From contig NW_002060945.1 of the NCBI RefSeq assembly GCF_000150275.1, positions 2,689,172 through 2,753,171 of the forward strand: a stretch of DNA of 64,000 bases. Reading direction: 5' to 3'. Source of the stretch: Trichoplax adhaerens. Taxonomy: Eukaryota; Animalia; Placozoa. The notes under the pieces were generated by a model, which saw nothing but the letters and a program-made list of their open reading frames with translations, ran no database searches and was not told the origin of the DNA. Below, one piece after another: positions 41,016 through 53,463 of this stretch (position 1 is the stretch's first letter; each line of letters begins with the position of its first letter). Both the position numbers and the translations under genes were made by a program.

Positions 41016-42704
41016 GTTACTAAGCAACAGGTGTTAGATGGGTGTGTTCCTCTAGAGTAGTAGTATGGTCTATTGTCTGATCAATATGTAACCTATATTA
41101 TGAACGGATCTGCCAAAGGAACTATTCGGTTGCATAATTAATTGATCCATTGTCAACTGGCGACGACAAAGTAAATTCTTAAAAAAGCTATATTTAATCT
41201 AAGTGAAAGACTCACGTCCGCATTTATGCAACAACTCCCTAGTCTTTCTTCGTAAAAAGCTTTAAATATTTATTTTTATTTCGTCCAGCAAAGTATCATG
41301 GCATACTCTACCTTTAGAAATAGTCGTATCCAGATAATACTTTTAATATTATCTTTATATTATTGTCGAGCCACGGTTGATGTATCATCAGACGCTTTCA
41401 TTAAAGGTCATATGAAACCATTAGGATCTCATCGAGAACCTTTGGCCGTAGAGGAGTTAACTTCTATTCCTAATCCAAAAACATTTTATGATCTTTATAC
41501 TAAGCCTGGTAAACCTGTAATTCTTCGTAATGCAGCCAAAGCGATTCCAGCTTTCAGTTTATGGACTGATGAATATCTAAGGTAGTTTGATAATCGATAG
41601 TCTGATAGATCGTAAAAGTCGTAAAAGGAATTATTATCGCCGTAGATGTTAAATCATGTTATTAATCATACTATTAATAATCAATTTGTACCGATAGTTT
41701 CTATCTATCAATTAGTAATTCGTTTATAGAGATAGACCTGTATTATCAGTATAGCCTAAAACGACGTCGAAGTAATCATTGATCTAGCGTTTTATACAAT
41801 GAAAGCTTTTCATATACGTAATAAATATATTAGAAATTAACAAGATTGGAGTAAGTTCTATACATGATATAACGATATAAGATTCTACTTTAATATAAAC
41901 TATGCATACAGAATATAGCATTAACTAGTTAAAGACCGGCTACGAAGTAATAAAGTATTAGTTATAAATACTGTATTTGGATGTAGTATAACTCCCGGGA
42001 TTTAGATATAACTACATCGATTTACTTTATAAAGAAGTTAACAAATCGAGATCTTAGATTGATAGTATCGAATTATACGATTAATGACTTTTCATCGTTA
42101 GCTGATAGTTTATATCGTATTTGTATGTACACACTATAATACTTTAAAATTATTTAGTTTGTCATCAATTTTTATAATTTCATTTGGAGCAAGTCTGTAG
42201 CACAATAAAATATATAACGAATATATGTAAACTAGTTTGACATTACCGTAAATAATGTACTGTGTCGGTACATGGTGTAAATTAATATTTACTTACGATG
42301 TCTTAAGAATATTTATAAATAGTTAATGAAATATGTTACGCTAAGATTATTTTCTTATTATTAATTTCGATTACTATCGAAATTGTTGATATTTAATAGA
42401 TCTAGTAGTTATATGTATAAAATTGTTTGCAATTTAATGTAATATTTTAAAAAGTTCTAATACATTCACGAATCGTGTCACAATATTTATTAATATACAG
42501 CGAGAAATTCGGTAATGTTCAAGTTCTAGTCGAAGAAGGTAAAAAAGAGAATAGATCGAAAGGGAATTTTATGACTTCTCTAAAAGAGTTTGTTAGCTCA
42601 TATAAAACTGAAGATTTATATGTTGTTCATACGATCCCGAAAGAAATGCGAGGTTAGTTATATTTCTAATATATTACTTTTATCGGTCAAATATCGTTTA
42701 TGAA
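41016..42704 (+). repeat. About 1.7-kb near-identical copy of 35939..37625 (promoter, exon 1, intron 1, exon 2 of JmjC copy 1)
   Basis: Line-by-line comparison shows only scattered substitutions and small indels, including through the 0.9-kb intron. Confidence 0.95.
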
Positions 42705-44381
42705 ACTAGTTTTGCTTTAATTAAATGCTGTATATTGTATAATCGTAACTTTATTAAGATTTTTGAGTTATATTGTTCTTCTTTCATACATGATGATCAT
42801 TTGATTGCAATAGTTTCACAATTCATAAAATAATGTTAAAATAGGGAATTTATATTGTTAAAGGCTAGTTATATCTTTGGAAGAAGAAACATCTTGTATA
42901 CCATTAAGTTAACCTTATAATTTATTGAATAGTTTTTTGGAATTGTTTAAACTAAAAATGATTTCTAGTTAATGGCTATGTACAAGTTGTGGCTGGCATT
43001 TTATTATAAGTAAAATTTCAGTTAGACTAAAATGTATTCGATAATACATATAGAGGATATTAGAATGTTACCCTGCGTTTCTTGTGGTGGATTTGCAGAG
43101 AGACTGCTTGATATTGTCATGTGGTTTAGCAGTGGTGGTACCAAATCAGTTCTTCATAACGATGGATCAGAAAATTTAAACTGCTTGTTCCGTGGTTCTA
43201 AAGAACTCATTATGATTAATAAGGTTGACAAGAGTATAATACTTATAATCTATAATCTTAATCTATACGAGAATGTGAAACATTTTGTTATTAGTATCAT
43301 TGATAGCTATCAATATGACGCATCCAAATATGGTATTATGATTAGATACCAATAATGATATGATCAAAGATTGAATTCTGGGCTCAATAACGCAAATAAT
43401 CGATATCTACGTATTTATGTTTCACCGCTATCTTTAAAGTTGTCTCTTTATTTATTTTTGATGCAATTATAGAATGTCAACTACAATGCTCTCTTTGATA
43501 ATAGCGGCTTTAGTAATATGGATGTTGACAAGGTTGACCTTAAGAAATATTCAGATCTAATGCACATGGATTTGTATAAAGCTAAGATATCGGCCGGTGA
43601 TTGCATTTTTATCCCTCAATTGTAAGCTGTATTGCACTACCTTGTACTTCACGATCTAGTTTTACTTGAGCCTTTCCTTTCTAGTATCTTTTTAATTAAA
43701 ACTATTTTTACAATCAACCTTCAGACATTAACCTTTCTAATTTTTGTAGTTGGCTACATCAAGTCCGATCTTTCGATAGTAATTTAGCAGTGAATACGTG
43801 GTGGGCTCAACTATTTAAATTTAATGAAACTAGTTGTCAGCAAAACAAAGGTGATACCTACTTAAACCCTGCTAAATATGAATTCGCAACTTATGAAGTA
43901 TTAAGGTACGGATTACTCATTAAGAAAAATTCTATTTTTAGCTGCCAAAAAATTGCTCTTTCTTTTTGCAGTACTATTATATGCAGTAGAATTAGTATGG
44001 TGATAACTACACTCTTGCAAATATAACATTTTTTGTGTCTGTAAATCAGTATGCAATGCCTCCTACACTTTTTACATTAGCTTTCGTATGGCTCAGTGCA
44101 TAATAATTTATATTGAACGTAGAAATCAAATCCTTGGTGTCATGTCAAAACATAAAAAGGCTACAAAGCAGGGATTTAAGAAGATATTGAAACGATCAGA
44201 CGTCGGTCCAATCCAATTTTCTGTTGTCTTCTCAGCTTTTGATTCCAACAAAGATGACGCAATATCGTTCGATGAGGTACAAGAGCTGCCTTATGAGCAA
44301 CTTTCAAAATTATTTCCAAATTGGCAATACGAGCCCGAAGGAGAAGAAGAAGAAATGGAACCTCAGCGTGACGAGTTATAA
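41298..44381 (+). CDS. Signal-peptide JmjC/EF-hand/RDEL protein, copy 2
   Basis: Same six-exon layout and motifs as copy 1; exons 1-2 near-identical to copy 1, exons 3-6 diverged; ends PQRDEL. Confidence 0.88.
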
Positions 44382-45493
44382 TACGAAGTGTAATATTTAA
44401 TGTAACGCAAGGCCAGAAATTTTAGAAATTTGTCACCAGAAGTGATTTACAGTTAATGCGATTTGTGTTTAAACATTTACTAAGTATACTGCATTAGTGA
44501 GGTAATTAATGGTACAAAAGTAAAAAATTTGGCCGCAAATTTCGTCTTAGCGTTATGACTATGCAGGTTATGTGGGAATTCGGAAGTTTTATATATGCCG
44601 TGGCATATAATAATCGGCCATTTTCTTTAATATAGCACAATCAATTAATCATGCGATAATTCATAAAGTGGATTAAGTAAACCCTTCTGACCGTCTCGAT
44701 AACGGTGATTTATTAGGGTACTACATTATCTGACATTAAAAGCGAATAAAGTATAGTATATTTTTATCTTGTACGTTTTGGAATTTACTTTTAAACGACA
44801 CTTCGAAATGTCTTCAATTCCCCATAATAGATGATTTCTAAATTATACTAACATTTATGCCAACCAATCAATCAATCGATAAATTATAGAAGCTAACGTA
44901 CTATACTTCTCATTCATTTGCCAAGTAATCTTATTCCAACAATTCTAATCACATTAGTACAGTATCGTGTATTGATCAAGATGATGTTTACTAATCAAAG
45001 TACTCGCTTAATTGTCGATCACTGCTTCATCAAGAAGCATTATCTAATTTCGGTCATATTCCTCGCACACATATATTATTTCCTACGATAAAGTAGCTAT
45101 TGTGATTTCTATTATAATTCTTGGACAGAATTATATTGCATTACAATTGGTAAAGCAAATTATTAGATCAACGGCATTGATACCAGTGCCTTGCTATCTG
45201 ATCGTTTCCAGGCAACAAGTGTTACATGGGAGTGTTCCGCTAAATAGCGGTAGTGTAAAGATACTTCATTGTCTACGGAATATTGATAAAGCAGTAGAAA
45301 AAATGACATGATCGAATAATTAATTGATCAATTGTCAATAGACCATAGCAAGTAAAATTCTTAAAAGAGTTTCATTAATGTGAAGGGATTAGAAGGAGTC
45401 ACGTAGTAGTGGCGACTATTTGTACGGAAAGCCTCCATTAATTATTGTTCGTAAACGTTATCAACATTTACCTTACTTATCCACTGAAGCGCA

Positions 45494-48320
45494 ATGGCAT
45501 ACACTGCTTTAGGCAGGATTCGCGTTCAGATATTAGTATTTTTAATGCTGTTTTCATTTTATTGTCAAGCTAGCGTTAAAATTCATAGCCCATCAGATGC
45601 ATTTACTAGAGGCCATATGAAACCATTGGGATCTCATGGAGCTCTAACACCGATCCCTGAATTGAAATCGATGCCTACTCCAGATATATTCTATGCCCTT
45701 TATTCAAAGCCTGGTAAGCCTGTGGTTCTTCGTAATGCAGCCAGAGCAATTCCAGCTTTTGATTTATGGACGGATGAATATTTAACGTAATTCAATTAAT
45801 GATTGTAGAAACTGTAAACAAGAAAATTTCGTTTTTGCTGTTAAAAACATAATGTTACAATTTTAGTTTTCTCCGGTAGTATATCTCATGGTTATAGTAA
45901 TACATTACTTTAGATATTCCCCGTTATTGATATGGATACATATAGTGCTATCACACCAATCTTAGAATAATAGTAAGGATTATGGTAATACTTTTCGGCT
46001 GTATGCCAAAGTCTTAAAAGCTTCTTAAGGTGGAAATAATAGCCTTGCTGGATGCTGTTACGGAATCGTGTTAAGGTTATCTTAAAGGGATCGATATATG
46101 CAGAATTTATTACGAGTCGGGTACTATTTCGATGGTTGAACTGCGTCATAAGTTTTTTCAGACAATCTAATTTACGAAAGCTAAATCCTGATGCAGCCAG
46201 TTAAATTAAAAAATCAATGCGATATGATAAAGTTAATGAATGAAGGCCCTAAATTATCAGTGTCATATTAAGGATTTAAAGCTTATCGTGTCCTAAAGTA
46301 TTCCTACCCTTGTAGATAGTATTTATTAATACCTTGTTTAAGAGTTTTTATGATTATACAGTCAAAATGATATATTACCTAGACAGATATGATGAGAACA
46401 CCTAAGGCAACTGTTGCATTATAAGTCTACTGAATCGATGCATAACATAGAATAATATTTACAGATAATGTTTTTGAAAATACTTTTGTATAGTTAATGA
46501 AAGGGTTTGCATATAGTTTACTATCTTATTAGTTCGGATACGATTGGAAAAATACAGCCAATTTATTAATTTAACCATACGGTGATATGCAATTGTTTCA
46601 AACTTCATAACTTAGATATTGTATATTTCAATGTGTTATGATGTAATGTTATTATCATTATTCATCTACAGTGAGAAATTTGGCAAGATTAAAGTTCTGG
46701 TTGAAGAAGGAAAGAAAGAGAATAGATCCAAAGGCAACTTTATGACCAGTATAAGGAGGTTTATTAAGACATATAAAACGGAAGATTTGTATGTTGTCCA
46801 TACAATTCCAATGGCAATGCGAGGTAAACTTTTTTGAGATGTATTGCTTATATCAGTGATATTCAAATTCTTCCTTTAAATAAATTAAAAGATTTCCTGT
46901 GGATGTTGTAGTATTGATATTGATATATCGGTTGGGATTGTTTTTGCTTAATAAATCTTAAACTTTGATCAAATGTATTTGATGGAACTGGTACAGAGGA
47001 TATTAGATTGCTGCCTTGCGTTTCTTGCGGTGGGTTTGCTGAGAAATTGCTTGATATTGTCATGTGGTTTAGCAGCGGTGGCACCAAATCAGTTCTACAT
47101 AACGATGGATCGGACAATTTGAACTGTTTATTTCGCGGATTTAAGGAGTTTATCTTGGTTGATAGGGTAGCTAATAACTATAATACGATATTTCTATATT
47201 TTTCATGCTTATGCACTACGTTATTCATTTCGCTAATAAAATTTAGCAATGGTTGTAATATAATAATAACTGTGATGAGATGCCACTAATCATGCCTACT
47301 AGTGATGAATATCGAATTGAATATAGCATAGAAACACAGTATTTATCTATTAGAATATTTTAAAATTATCTTGGCTTCTTTTTCCAATGCTATTACAGGA
47401 TACTGACTATAGCGGCATCGTAGATAATAATGGATTTAGCAATATGGATGTTGACAAAGTTGATCTCAATACATATTCAGATCTACTAAAAATAGAATTA
47501 TATAAAACTACACTGTCGGCTGGTGACTGCATTTTCATACCTCATTAGTAAGTTTTCTGTTGCCGATGTATAACTGTTTTTGCGACACGGTAAAGACTTT
47601 CTCCTTTTTACTGCCAGCGATATCTTATTTAAAACTATTTCTCCAGCTTAATCCTCATATACTGAATTTTCTAATTTTCTTTTTCTATAGCTGGCTTCAT
47701 CATGTTCGATCGTACGGTAGTAACTTGGCTGTAAATATGTGGTGGACTCCTCTAACAAGATTTAATCGAACTACTTGCAAGAATAATAACGATAACACCT
47801 ACTTAAAAGCAGTCGATTACGAGTTTGCAACATACGAAGTATTAAGGTTCAGCTAAAATTCTTTAATTGGAACCTTTGATTTTGTAGATTAGGTATACAG
47901 TATAGTACTGATAGAATACAGCGATATTAACCGGAAATACTTAATGTGATCGTCAGTGTGCTCAGTTCTGTTACAAAAATTAGAGTGTAAGAAAATTGTT
48001 TTAGCTCATGAATTTTGCAATGCTTACAGTTAAACTTTGCATTGATGATTTAAATTGCAATTAGGAAGCAAATCCTTGATGCAATGTTACTGCGAAAAAT
48101 GGCTAGCAAGCAAAAATTCAGAAAAATTCTATTGGATTGTGAAGTTGGCGAGATAAAATTTATCGATGTTTTTTCTGCTTTTGATAAGGATAAAAATGGC
48201 AAGATATCAATTAATGAGGTGCACGAACTACCTTACGGGCAATTTTCTAAACTTTTCCCTAACTGGCATTACCAGACCGAAGAGTCTAACGAAATGGAAC
48301 CTGATCGCGACGAATTGTAA
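45494..48320 (+). CDS. Signal-peptide JmjC/EF-hand/RDEL protein, copy 3
   Basis: Same six-exon layout; SVLHNDG, WLHHVRS, canonical EF loop DKDKNGKISINE; ends PDRDEL. Confidence 0.88.
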
Positions 48321-49953
48321 CTTTTAAAGTAGTTCCTTTATGTAATTTTGAGAACAACGCTCTGCAGCTTTATGCCTGATTATCTAGAGAGCTAATACAA
48401 TATATGTTTTTCAAACATTTGAAATGACGTTTTAGCGACCCATTTCCTCTTTGCGATAATCCAGATTATGTAAAAATTATCTGTGTATGCGTACATTACC
48501 GGTACACAACATAATAAGGATAGTCTATTAAAAATTGCTTAATTAATTGATCAACCAATCTGTAATGCTGCGATTATATACAGTTCAATTCTAATTTATG
48601 CCATAGATTGCTAAGTAATCATGTGATAGCTTTGTAGTGTCTATATTTGCTAGCGATATTTATTATTCAAATGTTGTTACAATAATATTGAGCTTAGATT
48701 TCACTAGCTCTAGCATAATCACGCTTGAATTATATAAATCTTAATAAATCGTGTAAGAGATGTAACACACCATAAGAAACATATTTCTGAAGAATCGAAA
48801 GTAAACTTATGCTGACTATATCTACTCTTTCAAACACGAGCGAATTTATCTGATTCTGTTAGTCATAATTTATTTTAGTAAACGTAATTTGTTTGCGATA
48901 TACATACAACCTCAATTAGTAATAGTTTGTTACACAGAAAATCAACTAATCATTACTCAAGCCGCATGAGATCTTTACCGAATAACGAGCGATTCTACAA
49001 CCTTGAGATGTAGATGTAGCACATTGCATTCGATGATCCAAGCATTATTCTTTACTTTACTTGACATAATCCTAAAATCATCAGTTTCTAAAGGTTTTAT
49101 TTTATGTTATACATGCAAATAAACACATACATATTGCTTGCTGATTGAAATTCTGGCGTGCAGCTGGGTAGCTCAATGTAATGCCTAAATCTAGATTATT
49201 TTCAGCATTTCAATTGAAATTTGATGTTTTACTTTCTCCGCGCTTCCTTATTTATTTATATATCAATCCAATTCTTAAAACGTGTAAGATGCGGTATAAC
49301 TTTTGAGTAGGATTAATTTTTGGCTTCATCTTACAGAAGCAAAGGTTTGGCAATGAATGCTAACTATCAATCGAATACAAGAAATATTCTTATCTGGTTT
49401 ATTTCTAACATTAATGCGGTAACAATAATATGTACCACTCCATTTTGTGCAATAAATCCACTTGAGAGTAATGGCAAATCGATTAATCTCTCATTTTCCT
49501 TCACCTACTACAATGTTCATGCGGTATAATGTACACTAATGCAGTTAAGAATTATTATTGCTTGCGCGACTCCATCCGAGAATTTAAATGTTACAATATA
49601 CGAGTATACGCCAGTTTTTACACTTTCATAACGAAGAACCTTAACGAGCAAATAAAACCAGTACGCATTTGCCGTCATCCTTTAAAACTTGAAAGCTCAC
49701 AATGTATTACTATCAAGTACATACATATCACGAATATGCCACTCGACCATTAAAATCTTCACGAAATAGAAAGAAATGATGATAGAATTTAACAAATATT
49801 CCAGTAATACAGACGAGAGTAGATACAATTAACAGGCAATTATTGTCTGTAATGTTATGAATGGTAAGGTCAGGATGTTTCATCAAATACCGCATCGAAT
49901 TTAAATTAACAGATTCTTGCCTATCATACATTGATATGAGAAAAAATACTCCG

Positions 49954-51304
49954 CTATTTCTTAACACCAGTCCAGCTATCGATCCACTGCCTTATATGGT
50001 TAACATTGCTTTCAATATCTTTTAGTGAATCATTTTGAAGTTCCATTACTACGTCTTCTCTGTAACTATCTTGTGCTTCGCATACAATTTCTTGAAAGAT
50101 TTCACACTCTACATTTTCGCGAATTTTGGCTTCATCATAGCCCCTGCACATAGGATAAATATGTACAGTGTATAAAATTGGTGGTACATGAAAGGATTAT
50201 TTATCGTAAATGGCGTTGAGCAAATGTCATAAGAATTACCAAATTAAGATTTATAGAATTGTAAAGTCTTCCGATATTGCGATATTCAATTAAATATTCT
50301 ATCATCTAAAATTCTTGTATATTGCAATTCGTGATTTACTGAATTTTGTACGCTCTAGAATAATTAAACGCAATTAACAGACAGGTAAAGGATGTAATCT
50401 GGCTGAAATTACTTTTACCGTAATGACAAGGCAGATAAATAAAGAAAATAATCTGCTGGTCTTTACCTACCAAATGTAGCCATTGAATTCAGTTGCAGAT
50501 CTGCTGTATGAATGACTGTACTGCAATTTATCTCTAATAGTTTATCCTGCTTTTACGTGTAGCTTAAGTTACTTAACAACTGTCAGGTTCGAAACATGCA
50601 GCTTTACTAACACTCTTTCCGAATCTTTTATTTTCAATATTCGTAGATAACACTCGCATTCTATACAATCTACCGTTATCATCGTTTCTTTGCATTGATT
50701 CATACCTTGCTAGCAATCGATCATATAAGATAGTGTTATCCGTTTTCAATACAAAAACCGCATCGAACCATCGCTCTGGGAAAAAATCACAGCCATGATA
50801 ATCGATGATGTAACCACCAGCAGGTACGACTTGTTCCAGTTTATCAACGACCTAAGGTTAATGATACATTAATAAGTTTAGTACGTTCCTTCATTCATTG
50901 CATTAGTTAGGCAGGGCTGCAGCATCACGATTCGGTCTCGTCATTAAAATCTATTCGTTCTAATTAATACTTCTACTAATAAGTGTGCTATAGGCTACAA
51001 GTAGGAGATGGAACAAGGCTGATTGCTGCTCTTTTCGTAGTATATAGTGTTACATACTGTAGATAATGAGTGCATTTGCGTAGCATTCTGTAGCTATCTT
51101 AACCTTATCCTCGTCGATGATGTGGCAATTGTACTTTGCATCCCACGACTCTAACAAATTATTTTTTTTGGCAAATTCTCCAACTTCGATGTGATTGAAT
51201 TGGGTCATTTCTTCCAGCTGCTTGGATATTGTTGTTTTACCAGTACCAGGGGTACCAGCAATAAGAATATTCGGCTTCTGCCGACGACTAGTTGCCGAGC
51301 TCAT
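49954..51304 (-). CDS. AK6: Adenylate kinase 6 (Fap7/CINAP), three coding exons
   Basis: [15 protein letters not shown] (P-loop), [42 protein letters not shown]. Confidence 0.93.
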
Positions 51305-53463
51305 TCTACTCCAAAAGCGAATAAAGTTCTCGTGCAGGATTTGCAAGCATGCCTGCACTTTAATTAATACCTTGATGGTGCCTGGCATGCGCAAACTGTT
51401 TCTATGGCGATACTTGATAATGTGCCGTAAATGACTGTGTGTGTGCAGTAGTTCAGTATTGATTGGGTAATCATGACTCATTACAGTATAGTGGTCCAGT
51501 TACTACTGTACGCGTTCTGCGATAATAAACTGTATGGCGGAGCAGCTATCCTCTGCAAAATTTCTGCATTCAATTAGCAGTGAGAGTATGGAGATTATTT
51601 CCATTTTTTTCTAGCGAAAAAGCCTTAAATCTTTTCTTTATTTCACTTCTAATACCCAATTGTAATGCATAGTTTGTATATCGATTATCATCGAAGATAC
51701 TCTTCCATTTTGTATACAGGACTAATAGAGCTCTAGAAATCGCCCGCTGCAGCCTGTATTAATGCAACCTTTACCTTTTGTCAGCCAATTGGCAGTAGGG
51801 ATAAAATAAAATTAATTTCAAGATAAACCATCTGCTAAAAGTGTGTCTTAAAGTATACTGTAGTAAACATTTTTAACATATTAAATATTACGAGGCTGTA
51901 CTAGATTCATGTTGCATAGCGTAAATCTTTGCACCGGTTTATATACTTTTCATATGCTGAAATCAACAAATATCAGAAACTACTACACTAGTCGCTTAAA
52001 ATTGTAGTTTGTTTAAGGTACTTCAGTTAAAATAACTTACAGTTTACTTTTTTAATAATTACAATCTTGGATCAACGATACATGCAAAATATCGTATATA
52101 ACATAGAATAACTATTATTTAGTAAAACTGAATAGCTTCTACGAAGGTAACAACTATTAGAACTTAAGTATACCTTGCCGAAACAATGTACCTGCAAGCA
52201 TTATATTAGTTAATAATTAGGCATAATTTTAATAGACTGATACGAAAACACAATATTCTATTCCCGGACTCTAACCATCATTAAGATGTAGGTAATTGTG
52301 TTAGAATTAGAGTTATGGCTAGGTTATTTAAATTAAATTTGTTAATGATAATAATTAACACTGGGAAGGAGAGAAGAAATCTGTATCTATCCCCTCATTC
52401 CTATAATTGGCATAAGGGGAGTAAATTGCAGTTACAATCGTAGCATTCTGCATATTTTAAGCTAGAAGGAAAGCTTATCTCTACAGCTCCAACGAATATG
52501 CAATATAGGAAAGCCTAAATAGTGTAAATTTTATAGTCACTTCCGTTAGGAATTTACGACAACATGGAAAGAGGTATTCAAAAGCATGTAATTATACTGT
52601 TGCGATTGATAATTTTATTGCGTAAAATGAATACTTGGAATTGCAGAATTTTTACGGGCGTATCTGGTATTTTCTTTCATACCAACAGAGTAGCAAAAGC
52701 TTACAGTGTATTCATACACCCATAGACAGATAGAAGCTATAGTACAAGCTTCATAAAATATGATACTAATAAAAATATTATTAAGTAGTTTTGCAAATAG
52801 ATCCTTTCTTTTCAAGTTACAAGCACGGATATCCGTACTAGTTTCATTATTTACGTATAAAATTAAATAATGGAACGCCTGTGCTAATTAATTAAACTAT
52901 CAATATACTTTATAAAACATACGCGTGTCTTTGTAAAATTATAGAGATTTCATTATATATACACGTATTATTAAAAACTGTATACTCGTACATTGAATAT
53001 TTACATATTACCTAATTTAATTATGGTGAGATGAATTTTGATCAATATGTGCTTATTGCCACTTTCAGATAACACATTAGCATACAGTAGATTTTCTAGT
53101 TAGTGATGAAATTTAGCTGTATTTAGATACTAGTACTTTGTGAATTTCTCACTAATGAAATATTCCATATGCTCGTAAAATAGTTAACAATTGGATATTC
53201 GAGAAACTTTTCTATTATCATAAACTTGTCCAATTTTTTAAACTTAAATTTGTTTTAAAAGCAAAGTAACAGCGTATATTAACTTCCAAAGAGATTCTAC
53301 CAATTTAAAGGATATAACCTCAATCGTATCATAGTAGATTGATGTCTCAATTATAATATATAACGTGTTTTAAAGCTATCCTTTGTACATTTCCCTGTCC
53401 TCCGTATATTGATTTATAAAACAAATTATTCTAAAAAAGTCGACTGCAAGCTCAAAATCATCG

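Noticed and set aside
1954-48320. Five 2OG oxygenase genes as a single biosynthetic gene cluster
   Set aside because: The TauD pair and JmjC trio are about 30 kb apart, separated by unrelated housekeeping genes and predicted for different compartments; two independent tandem duplications explain it.
50150-51100. TAF9 ORF sharing the AK6 locus, as in vertebrates
   Set aside because: No histone-fold TAF9-like ORF is visible in the introns or flanks.
51305-51481. 59-aa in-frame upstream extension of AK6
   Set aside because: No recognisable homology; it overlaps promoter-like motifs (CCAAT, TGAGTCA) directly beside the pentamer tract. The Met at 51304 matches the normal AK6 start. CAGE data would settle it.
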